Assembly: GCA_964402565.1 (NCBI GenBank)
Contig: CAYOCJ010000002.1
Span: 475,425-512,830 of the forward strand
Reading direction: 5' to 3'
Length of the DNA stretch: 37,406 nucleotides
DNA from: an uncultured Gammaproteobacteria bacterium
Lineage (GTDB): Bacteria; Patescibacteriota; Patescibacteriia; UBA1558; 2-01-FULL-52-15
The position numbers were made by a program, and so were the translations under genes. This document shows, piece by piece, positions 17,837-25,554 of the stretch; within the stretch, counting starts at the first letter, position 1; each line of letters starts with the position of its first letter. A model generated the notes under the pieces. It searched no databases and was not told where the DNA came from. It saw only the letters and a program-made list of their open reading frames with translations.

Positions 17837-18505
17837 ATGAAAAAAGTACTATTTTTTTTATTTCTTGCGTTTCCTCTTGCACTGAACGCACAAACAGGCA
17901 GCACAGGCCAGCCGCAGGCAGCCTCAAGCACTGAATCGCTGCCGGGCTATATCGATGGCCGCTTCTCGCCGGTCGGAGGATTGACCGATCAAACATTGAA
18001 GCAGATCGAAGAAGCAAAGAAAATTTCTATTCATATTGCCGGCAGCTCCTTTCGATCCGATGTGGAAGCTGGTAAGCTTACGGTGCGAGGATGGGACCTG
18101 AAAGAAAAAAAAATAACGATCAATCCTGATCAGGTCCGTACAAAAGAAAATGCAGAGAGTTATGCCCAGCAGCTCGTGCTCGCTGACCCGAATATTGAAG
18201 AGCTTTCGGCTCAGGACGGATCTATAGAACTCACGTATATGACCAAAGGCAAATTGTTCGGCTTCATTCCAAAAAAATTATTAGCGACCGTATCCGTAAC
18301 CGTACCTTCAATGACCGATACAAAAGCTGCAACTGTACATGTGCATTTTCCGTGGTATAGTTTTTTGGCCGTAAAAGAGATGAGTGCTTCCTCGATCAAG
18401 ACATTCGTTGCTGCAGATGTTGAGCTGATTAATTCGGTCGATCAAAAACAGAAAGTCGCGCAATACCTAGGGGCTGTAGCTACGATGCTCAGGACAAAAC
18501 GCTAG
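17837..18505 (+). CDS. Hypothetical secreted protein
   Basis: The ATG at 17837 gives the signal peptide 'MKKVLFFLFLAFPLALNAQ'. No family was recognised. Confidence 0.55.
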   Translation: MKKVLFFLFLAFPLALNAQTGSTGQPQAASSTESLPGYIDGRFSPVGGLTDQTLKQIEEAKKISIHIAGSSFRSDVEAGKLTVRGWDLKEKKITINPDQVRTKENAESYAQQLVLADPNIEELSAQDGSIELTYMTKGKLFGFIPKKLLATVSVTVPSMTDTKAATVHVHFPWYSFLAVKEMSASSIKTFVAADVELINSVDQKQKVAQYLGAVATMLRTKR

Positions 18506-18536
18506 GCTGCCGGGAATTTTCAGCACGATTCGTTAT

Positions 18537-18794
18537 ATGCAAACAACTATCAAAGAATTACGCACGATCCCCGGTGTCGGCGTCTCCATTGCACAAGACC
18601 TTCTGGATCTTGGTATTCATACGATCAGCGATTTGAAACATCGAAACCCGGAGCGCTTGTATGATACATTGTGCGCACAGAAGAATGGGCATATCGACCG
18701 CTGTGTGCTATACGTTTTTCGATGCGCAGTATACTATGCCTCGCAAAAAAATCATGATCCCGCATTACTAAAATGGTGGTCATGGAAAGATTAA
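18537..18794 (+). CDS. Helix-hairpin-helix domain protein (Cdd1 / 'pathogenicity locus' family)
   Basis: 'L..IPGVG.SIAQDL.DLGI....DL...NPE.LY' followed by a Cys-containing C-terminal half typical of the family. Confidence 0.6.
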   Translation: MQTTIKELRTIPGVGVSIAQDLLDLGIHTISDLKHRNPERLYDTLCAQKNGHIDRCVLYVFRCAVYYASQKNHDPALLKWWSWKD

Positions 18795-18812
18795 CAAACT
18801 AACAAACGCAAT

Positions 18813-19205
18813 ATGGAACCACTAAGCCAAGAAGAAAAACAAAAGCTGCTGGAGAAACTCACGCCGGAGCAATTTAATATCACACAGAATAAAGGCACTG
18901 AAGCGCCGGGAACAGGCGAGTATTATCATATGAATGATAAGGGCATGTACTCGTGCGTGGTTTGCGGCGAGGAGCTATTCTCATCAGATGCAAAGTACGA
19001 TTCAGGATCAGGATGGCCGAGTTTCTATGCTGCTCTGGATAAATCAAAGATAACCGAGCATGAGGATGGGTCTTTGGGCATGATGCGGACTGAGGTTACC
19101 TGCAAGCGTTGCGGGGCGCATCTTGGCCACTTATTTCCTGATGGTCCGGCACCGACAGGCATGCGGTACTGCATCAACTCAGCCGCGCTCAGAATGAAAA
19201 AGTAG
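18813..19205 (+). CDS. msrB: Peptide-methionine (R)-S-oxide reductase
   Basis: The zinc CxxC pairs 'CVVCGEELF' and 'CKRCGAHLGH', plus 'GWPSF' and the catalytic 'RYCINS'. Confidence 0.9.
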   Translation: MEPLSQEEKQKLLEKLTPEQFNITQNKGTEAPGTGEYYHMNDKGMYSCVVCGEELFSSDAKYDSGSGWPSFYAALDKSKITEHEDGSLGMMRTEVTCKRCGAHLGHLFPDGPAPTGMRYCINSAALRMKK

Positions 19206-19206
19206 T

Positions 19207-19923
19207 ATGGGTGAGTCGTTTGAGCATAAACACGAAGAAACAGTAGAGGATCCCTTTGGGAAGTATTTCGAAGGGAATACATGGGAATTACCGACTGATT
19301 TGGCTGTGATCGGGCGAGCACAGGATGAGATCGAAAAACGATTAGCAGATGTGCGCGATGAACATGGCAATGAAAGCAGGAGTGAAAGTGAGATTTTTAA
19401 TATCGGCATGGGACTGCGCGAGGCAATAGCGAATGCAGTGATCCGGGGAAATATGGGAGCGCATGAAACTGATGCGGACAAGAGACTTGATGAGATCAAC
19501 CGCCTGAAGGTTCAGAATGCACATAAAAAAGTCAAAGTTTCAGTCGCGTACGATGCTGATACCGTAAAATTTGTTATCGCTGATGAAGGTGAGGGCTTTG
19601 ATGTCAAAAAAATAGCGGACCCTACTGATACAGAACATAAAATGATTACCACTGGACGCGGTTTGCTTATGATGCGTTCATCATTTGATTCAGTGACGTA
19701 CAATGACAAGGGCAATGAAGTGACCCTTGAGATAGGCGACGAAGGCCCTATCGGTGCGAATGATGCTCAATGGCATGAACGCCTGCCGTCTCGTTTGAAA
19801 CCGGAAGATGTTGAATTGTTTGATGGTAATGACGGGCAATGGCATTGGCATTTGCGTCCTAACAAGATCAAAGATCCAGAACGCCGCAAACAGTATATGT
19901 ATGAAAGAAGTCTCTGGCCTTGA
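19207..19923 (+). CDS. HATPase_c-type ATP-binding protein (RsbW/SpoIIAB-like anti-sigma kinase fold) with a W/H-rich C-terminal extension
   Basis: An N-box-like 'EAIANAVIRGN', a G1 box 'ADEGEGFD' and a G2 box 'GRGLLMM'. The tail carries the repeat 'ND(A/G)QWH'. Confidence 0.6.
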   Translation: MGESFEHKHEETVEDPFGKYFEGNTWELPTDLAVIGRAQDEIEKRLADVRDEHGNESRSESEIFNIGMGLREAIANAVIRGNMGAHETDADKRLDEINRLKVQNAHKKVKVSVAYDADTVKFVIADEGEGFDVKKIADPTDTEHKMITTGRGLLMMRSSFDSVTYNDKGNEVTLEIGDEGPIGANDAQWHERLPSRLKPEDVELFDGNDGQWHWHLRPNKIKDPERRKQYMYERSLWP

Positions 19924-19932
19924 TGTAGTATT

Positions 19933-20172
19933 ATGCGGATCAAGGTGATAGTGAAACCCCGCTCACATGAATCGCGGGTTGAGGAAAATGATGACGGGAC
20001 CTACTTCGTACGCGTCATGGTCCCCGCTGAGTCAGGCAAAGCGAATGAAGCAATGCGCAGGCTCTTGGCAGCAGAATTTGATGTGCCCTTATCGCTGGTG
20101 CAGATTGTTTCAGGACCTCGTTCCCGAATTAAAATAGTGTCTATTGGGAAAGCAGCGGCTCATGATGATTGA
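19933..20172 (+). CDS. DUF167 (YggU-like) protein
   Basis: The 79-aa product contains 'I.V.VKP.S....V.........V.V..P...GKAN.....LLA..F.V....V.IVSG..SR.K'. Confidence 0.7.
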   Translation: MRIKVIVKPRSHESRVEENDDGTYFVRVMVPAESGKANEAMRRLLAAEFDVPLSLVQIVSGPRSRIKIVSIGKAAAHDD

Positions 20173-20211
20173 AGTTAACTAAGTCAGATATACAGCAGCT
20201 ACTTACACTCT

Positions 20212-21126
20212 ATGCAAAAAAATATTGTTATTATCGGCGCAGGAGCTATTGGGAATGCATTAGCGCGTCTTGTTCAAGAGGGCGGAGCAACGGTTTTCAT
20301 GTTTGATGCCGATGTTTCGAAAGTCCCCGACCAAAAGCCGCTCGCTGAAACAGTGCCTGGGGCGCAGCTTATTTTTTGCTGCACGCCATCATGGGTATTG
20401 CGTAGTGTTTTGAGTGACATTAAGCCATTAGTAGCACCGGAGGCTATCGTCGTTACCCTTGCGAAAGGCATTGAAGAGGGAAGTAGAGCTACTGTTGATG
20501 AGATATTACGAAGTTCATTGCCAAAGGGACAGCGATTCGCGCTTCTGGGGGGAGCTATGCTCGCTAAGGAAATTGATCAAGGCATGGTAAGTGTTGGCGT
20601 GGTCGGAACCGAGAAGCCAGAAGTATTTGACGCGCTTGTCAGCCTCTTTTCACATTCGCATCTGTACCTTGAGCACTCAACTGATGTGCATGGTGTTGCT
20701 ATCGCAAGTGTTCTGAAGAATATTTATGCCACTGCTTTTGGCATTGCTGATGGACTTGGGTGGAGCAGTAATATCAAAGGCTGGCTTACGGCAGAAGCTA
20801 TAAAGGAAATGTTATTTATTGGACCTCTTATTGGCGCGAAGCGAGAAACAATACTGAATCTTGCCGGCCTAGGCGATCTGGTTGCAACTGGCTTTAGTCC
20901 GTATTCGAATAATCGAACGATGGGAGAACAACTGATTGCGACCGGCACTATCGGCACGAAGCGGGAAGGAGTCATCGCATTGCCGAGTGTCCTAGCTATG
21001 CTTGGTGATCAGGCGAAAGGATTATTTTTACTCAATGCTCTTGCTGAAATTCTGGTGAATCATACTATGGCAAAGAAGATCTTCGAAGATTTTCTCAATA
21101 CTAATCAAATAGTCGGAACTGAATGA
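20212..21126 (+). CDS. gpsA: NAD(P)H-dependent glycerol-3-phosphate dehydrogenase
   Basis: Rossmann motif 'IVIIGAGAIGNALA', plus 'LAKGIE', 'LKNIYA...GI.DGLG...N' and 'GLGDL..T..S..S.N'. Confidence 0.75.
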   Translation: MQKNIVIIGAGAIGNALARLVQEGGATVFMFDADVSKVPDQKPLAETVPGAQLIFCCTPSWVLRSVLSDIKPLVAPEAIVVTLAKGIEEGSRATVDEILRSSLPKGQRFALLGGAMLAKEIDQGMVSVGVVGTEKPEVFDALVSLFSHSHLYLEHSTDVHGVAIASVLKNIYATAFGIADGLGWSSNIKGWLTAEAIKEMLFIGPLIGAKRETILNLAGLGDLVATGFSPYSNNRTMGEQLIATGTIGTKREGVIALPSVLAMLGDQAKGLFLLNALAEILVNHTMAKKIFEDFLNTNQIVGTE

Positions 21127-21602
21127 GATCGTGGTATCGCCTGCAATTAGCAGCGATCACTGCCGGGATGCTATTCGCCTGGTATACGGTGATAACCGAT
21201 TTCATGCGATTTTATGATTTCCATGGAACGTTGTTCAAAATACGTGATTGCATCATCCCTAACCCGGTAACCACTCCTTGTTTCTGGGGAGCGCTTGGTT
21301 TCGTGCTTGCATTTATATGGGCGCTTCACCGTCTGCGAAAACAAGATCAGCAGGGAAGCAGGCCTCGACAAGGTTTTTTGGCGCTGTATCTGCTTGGCGG
21401 TACTATTTTTGGCTGGTCGAATGTCGGCATTCTGATTGCCAGATTTATTGCGAGCGAGGGCAAGCCGACCGTTGGCTGTTCAGGGCAGCTCATGACAAAT
21501 CCGCTGACAACGCCCTGCGCTTACGGAGCTGAGTTATATTTCGTTTCTCTCGTTATTGCATCTCTGATATATCTTTTGATGAGGACAAAAAAGACAGTTT
21601 AA
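21123..21602 (+). CDS. Small 4-TM membrane protein with duplicated C-x(n)-NP-x-TTPC loop motif
   Basis: There is a 4-nt ATGA overlap with gpsA. Two halves each carry a Cys pair: 'CIIPNPVTTPC' and 'CSGQLMTNPLTTPC'. No family was recognised. Confidence 0.6.
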   Translation: MRSWYRLQLAAITAGMLFAWYTVITDFMRFYDFHGTLFKIRDCIIPNPVTTPCFWGALGFVLAFIWALHRLRKQDQQGSRPRQGFLALYLLGGTIFGWSNVGILIARFIASEGKPTVGCSGQLMTNPLTTPCAYGAELYFVSLVIASLIYLLMRTKKTV

Positions 21603-21612
21603 AAGTTCTGTA

Positions 21613-21640
21613 TTGACATAAAATCCCTGCTTGCTATAGT
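21613..21640 (+). promoter_or_regulatory. Strong sigma70-type promoter (TTGACA - 16 nt - TGcTATAGT)
   Basis: A consensus -35 box at 21613-21618 and an extended -10 box at 21632-21640. Confidence 0.55.
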
Positions 21641-21646
21641 CAAAGT

Positions 21647-21807
21647 TATGCGGACAGGTCACTATCAGCGCATGAACAATGGAACGTGGTGCATTACCAT
21701 TTCTATTTTGTTTAACCGCCTTGAGGCTGATAGTAGTCATAGATCTAACGGGTAACAGAGGACAGATCGGACAGAACTAATAATCGGCCTCCAAAGCCGA
21801 TTTTCTT
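21647..21807 (+). ncRNA. Candidate structured 5' leader (riboswitch-like) or small RNA, class unknown
   Basis: It is bounded by the promoter above and an intrinsic terminator. A 9-bp long-range helix pairs ACTATCAGC (21661-21669) with GCTGATAGT (21726-21734). There is an inner AATGG/CCATT hairpin and a repeated GGACAGnTC (21652-21660 and 21760-21768). No credible ORF is present. Confidence 0.3.
21782..21807 (+). terminator. Intrinsic terminator-like hairpin upstream of the DapF-like gene
   Basis: AATCGGC / GCCGATT 7-bp stem with a 7-nt loop, followed by TTCTT. Confidence 0.5.
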
Positions 21808-21898
21808 GTATGTCTTCCGGCATGAGCATTCAACCATGAATATTGATGCAGGCGGATATGCGGAAACCAAACTTTGTGTCGCGTGGGAGGGCGATTCA

Positions 21899-22684
21899 AT
21901 GAGGAGATTTCTGGCTGAGGCTGCGGGCAATACCTTTCTGGTGCTCTATTTCGAGGAGAATTCGGCAGAACCGCTCATGTACCTTCAAACATTACGTCAG
22001 ACACATCGGTGGGATTTTGATAGCGCACTGCTCATGCATATGCATGAAGAGCATTGCCATGTGCATGTCATCGAGCAGGACGGATCACGTTCAAAAAGCG
22101 GCGGCAACGGTTTGCGCGCAGCTGCCTGGGTGCTCGATCATCTGGGAAAAGAGCGGAAAGTTTTTGTTGACGGCAAGGGTTTGCGCATTCGGTGCGTTTC
22201 AAGCAACGGCAATTCAGCTGTGTACCGCGTTCCCATGGGCAATGCCCGACTGGGAGTCAATGTGCATGTCCCTGGCATTGCACAACCAGCGCCGCTCTAC
22301 CTGATCCAGGATGAGCCGCATGTCGTGATCCAGGTGCCGTGTATAGCGCTCGACGAACTGACCGAGATCGGCCGCCGCATCCCGTGGGCGAATTGCACCA
22401 TGGTCACGTGGCGCCGGCAGGCGTCGAAGCTGCATGCGCTCACCTATGAGCGCGGCCTGTGCCGCATTCCGCAAAGTTCAGGCACTGGAGCCTGTGCAGC
22501 CGTGCAGGCATGCCGCGCATCCGGAATCCCGCTGGATAATGAAGTGACCGTTCATATGCTTGGCGACGAGCCATTGGTCGTGGCAGGCGACACATCGGGG
22601 CTGGTACTCCAAGGTTCGGTGCGCGTCGCCGAGATCGAGTCCATCGAGCTTGCGAGTCGAGGAATTTTTGACTGGGGCGACTGA
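21899..22684 (+). CDS. Diaminopimelate epimerase (DapF)-fold protein, with both catalytic Cys positions apparently substituted
   Basis: The ATG at 21899 is preceded by GGGAGG with 8-nt spacing. 'AAGNTFLVL', 'DGS.SKSGGNGLRAAA', 'DEPHVVIQV' and 'TYERG....QSSGTGACAAV' parallel the DapF landmarks. Confidence 0.65.
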   Translation: MRRFLAEAAGNTFLVLYFEENSAEPLMYLQTLRQTHRWDFDSALLMHMHEEHCHVHVIEQDGSRSKSGGNGLRAAAWVLDHLGKERKVFVDGKGLRIRCVSSNGNSAVYRVPMGNARLGVNVHVPGIAQPAPLYLIQDEPHVVIQVPCIALDELTEIGRRIPWANCTMVTWRRQASKLHALTYERGLCRIPQSSGTGACAAVQACRASGIPLDNEVTVHMLGDEPLVVAGDTSGLVLQGSVRVAEIESIELASRGIFDWGD

Positions 22685-22718
22685 GCTCCTGAAGCCGGCC
22701 GTATGTGGCGTTTTTTCT

Positions 22719-22752
22719 GAGAGCCTTGCATCAAGCAGGGCTCTCTTTTTTT
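22719..22752 (+). terminator. Rho-independent terminator
   Basis: GAGAGCC(tTGC) / (GCAg)GGCTCTC stem followed by T7. Confidence 0.85.
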
Positions 22753-22775
22753 GATGGTTTTTTTGAGTATGCCTG

Positions 22776-22784
22776 TGGTACAAT
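22776..22784 (+). promoter_or_regulatory. Extended -10 element (TGgTACAAT) 6 nt upstream of the ATG at 22791; implies a leaderless mRNA
   Basis: TGGTACAAT-acgtct-ATG, with no SD motif. Confidence 0.4.
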
Positions 22785-22790
22785 ACGTCT

Positions 22791-23657
22791 ATGGCACAAC
22801 GATATCGCAATATATTTGATCCAAAGTCAACTCAACCGTTCAAGTTGTCGCGGAGCAAGATAGAGCTTTTCATGAGATGTCCGCGCTGTTTCTATCTGGA
22901 CCGGCGGCTTGGGGTATCGCAGCCTGCTGGATTCCCTTTTAACCTCAATTCAGCGGTCGATTTGCTGCTCAAGAAAGAATTCGATATGCATCGGGCACAG
23001 CAGAGCAAGCATCCGCTTATGAAAACATACCGCATCGATGCGGTTCCGTTCGCACATCCTGACATCAATACCTGGCGAGAAAATTTCGTCGGCATTCAAT
23101 TTGAACACGAGCCTTCTGGCCTATTGATCACCGGTGCGGTCGATGATATTTGGGTGAATCCGAAAGGCGAGCTGCATGTCGTGGATTATAAAGCGACCAG
23201 CAAGGACGGAGAGGTTTCGCTGGATGCCGAATGGCAGGACGGGTACCGCAGGCAAATGGAGATATACCAGTGGCTCTTGCGCCAAAAGGGATTCACGGTG
23301 TCCGACACCGGATTTTTTGTCTATTGCAACGGCAAGCGTGATGCGAAGGCCTTTGATGGAAAGCTCGAATTCGACATAAAAATAATACCGTATACCGGTT
23401 CTACCGATTGGGTCGAGCAGACTCTTATGCAAGCCAAGAAAGTATTATTGGCAAAAAATATACCGAAAGCTGCAGCGACCTGCGAGTATTGCAGCTATCG
23501 CGAGTCCGCAGCTCAATACGAGAAAGGTGATTATGTGCTTGGCGCAGGAGCTGCTTCTGGCGTCAGGGATTCAGGGGTGACCAATGGTTTGCCGTCAGGG
23601 CCGATAGGGTTATTTGGATCGCGTCCAACGAGGAAGCGCTCCGGCCAGGGGCGGTAG
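22791..23657 (+). CDS. PD-(D/E)XK nuclease family protein (Cas4/RecB-like) with CxxC...CxxC
   Basis: 'GAVDD' ... 'VVDYKA' (the D...DxK core), 'QMEIYQWLL' (the QxxxY motif), an N-terminal 'CPRC' and a C-terminal 'CEYC'. The last 127 nt overlap the convergent VanW gene. Confidence 0.65.
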   Translation: MAQRYRNIFDPKSTQPFKLSRSKIELFMRCPRCFYLDRRLGVSQPAGFPFNLNSAVDLLLKKEFDMHRAQQSKHPLMKTYRIDAVPFAHPDINTWRENFVGIQFEHEPSGLLITGAVDDIWVNPKGELHVVDYKATSKDGEVSLDAEWQDGYRRQMEIYQWLLRQKGFTVSDTGFFVYCNGKRDAKAFDGKLEFDIKIIPYTGSTDWVEQTLMQAKKVLLAKNIPKAAATCEYCSYRESAAQYEKGDYVLGAGAASGVRDSGVTNGLPSGPIGLFGSRPTRKRSGQGR

Positions 23658-25411
23658 AAGCTTCTGAAAACATTTTCTTTCGTGGTGCCGTCAGGATAGG
23701 TGATCGTGTAGGTTGCGATTGCTGAGCCTCCCGGATGCGCAATTTCAACTCGTTTTTGCTCGCCGGGCTTCAATTCATCGGTTTCAATATAGATCGGATC
23801 GCCTGCAGGAGATGTCGAAAGCGTATGCGGTCCGTCGATCATTGAGGTTCGCCCGTCTTTCGTTCCATAAATATCGAAGGTCAATTTATCTCCCACTGCA
23901 TATGCTTGCAGCAAAATGGACGTCTTCGTATCGTTCAGGAAGCGAAAGTCAGGCGCAGGCTGGTAAATAGTGGCGTCCAAGCCTGGTCCGATCCGATTGC
24001 CTTCGCCGTCTTTTTCATAGTAGGTAACGCGGTAGGAATGATTTTGGCGCTGTGTGATCGGCAACCCGGTATTCATGACTGCGCGGAAGAGAGTCGTGGA
24101 AACCTGGCATAACCCGCCGCCATATTCTGGCGTGGTTCTGTCGCCTTTGATAACGAGCTCAGGCAAGTAGCCGGTCGTATTGTCGACGGTGCCAAGCGTT
24201 TTTAATGTTGAGAATTCTTCGCCTGGTTTTATTAAAATGCCGGATAAAAATTTTGCGCCGTTCTTGATGTTCGAAATGCGGTTTTTCGGACTGCCAGTAA
24301 ATGGCGTTGTCGCAGTACCGATGAGCTCGGTAATGCCAAGCTCGGCCGCTGACTGATCCGTGGCGTCTGCATGTACAGTGGTCACCGGCAGATCAACCGT
24401 AGCCTTAGCGATCTCGCCATCATGTGCTTCACGGTCATTCAGGACTGTGAGGATCGTCTCGATGGTTTTGGTCTGATCAAGCGTCTTGCCTGCTCGCGGA
24501 GCGATAAATTCAGTTACTTTATCGTTCACGACCGTAATTTTCGGAGCCTGCGGTTCAGCGTTCAACTCGTGCGCTATGGTCGTGATATACGCTGCAATCA
24601 GCTGCGCGTCAAAATGCGCATCAAGCTCAGCGCCATGCGAGGTACTGGTGACCCATTCAGCGAGCTGAGCCGGCTGTATGGTGAATGTACTCCATTCATG
24701 GGTCAGCACAATTGGCTGCTGAATAGCGCGACTGATCTTGTCTTGTGCTTTCTGGGCAGCGCTTAATTGCACGGTTGGCTCTACGACCGCGAGCTGTAGC
24801 TCCTTGGTCCGGGGTGCGTTGCTATCCAGTGCCTGCGCGACTGCTTCATATGCAGCTGCCTGGTCAACTATAAAACCGGTTTTTGTATCGGTCAGGAGCG
24901 TCAGCCCTCCGTCGACGGCGTGGAGCCTGATATCTTTACCTGGTTCATCGACGGTTTGAGCGATCGCTGCAATGGAGTCACGGAGCTTGTCCGGAGAAAA
25001 TGAAGGCTGTAATGCTATTTGTTTTGGCTGGAACCATGAGCCGATAAGAAAGCTGTATCGGGACAGAGGATTATATGATCTGCCGAGCTGCCAGGCCTGC
25101 TGCAATGCTGCTTGTGTGTCATAGTTCAGATCAATATCATCTGTCGGGATCGGATACGCATTTTTTTCGATGATCAGATCAACTGCTGCAGCCTTTGGCG
25201 TGGGCATCGATTGTGCAAGCAGTGCAGAGGCTTTTGACAGATCCAAACCGCCGACCTGAGTCGTGCCAATCGTCACCGAGCCCCTGATATAGGGAGCATG
25301 CTGCGCATAGACCTCAAATCCGAGTCCGATGAGGATCAAAAAAATGACGCCGCTTATGACGAGTACTAATCCTTTTTTTGGTCGGTGTTGCGCTTTGCTT
25401 GCGGCCGGCAT
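23531..25411 (-). CDS. VanW-family protein with N-terminal TM anchor and C-terminal G5-like domain
   Basis: 'GGGLCQVSTTLFRAV...GLPI..R.NHS' is the VanW core. A TM segment 'GLVLVISGVIFLILIGLGF' is present. The C-terminal 'KPGEQKRVEIAHPG' region is G5-like. Confidence 0.8.
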   Translation of the reverse strand: MPAASKAQHRPKKGLVLVISGVIFLILIGLGFEVYAQHAPYIRGSVTIGTTQVGGLDLSKASALLAQSMPTPKAAAVDLIIEKNAYPIPTDDIDLNYDTQAALQQAWQLGRSYNPLSRYSFLIGSWFQPKQIALQPSFSPDKLRDSIAAIAQTVDEPGKDIRLHAVDGGLTLLTDTKTGFIVDQAAAYEAVAQALDSNAPRTKELQLAVVEPTVQLSAAQKAQDKISRAIQQPIVLTHEWSTFTIQPAQLAEWVTSTSHGAELDAHFDAQLIAAYITTIAHELNAEPQAPKITVVNDKVTEFIAPRAGKTLDQTKTIETILTVLNDREAHDGEIAKATVDLPVTTVHADATDQSAAELGITELIGTATTPFTGSPKNRISNIKNGAKFLSGILIKPGEEFSTLKTLGTVDNTTGYLPELVIKGDRTTPEYGGGLCQVSTTLFRAVMNTGLPITQRQNHSYRVTYYEKDGEGNRIGPGLDATIYQPAPDFRFLNDTKTSILLQAYAVGDKLTFDIYGTKDGRTSMIDGPHTLSTSPAGDPIYIETDELKPGEQKRVEIAHPGGSAIATYTITYPDGTTKENVFRSFYRPWPERFLVGRDPNNPIGPDGKPLVTPESLTPEAAPAPST

Positions 25412-25554
25412 GGGATGGTTAATATATGGACCAAGGATACACTAGAATTGCTTAAAGTGCAATAATTTCGGGCGCTTTTGAACGACGGTCTATTTACTAT
25501 TCGTGCTGGCTCAAGTACCATGTAGTTACTTTATTACTCGAAACGCATGCACAC

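Noticed and set aside
21647-21807. Assignment of the DapF-like leader to the lysine (L-box) riboswitch, SRP RNA or 6S RNA
   Set aside because: I could not find the conserved L-box core elements, the SRP GGAA-tetraloop / AGCA symmetric-loop signature, or a 6S-like end-to-end helix by eye. I leave it as an unclassified candidate rather than naming a class.
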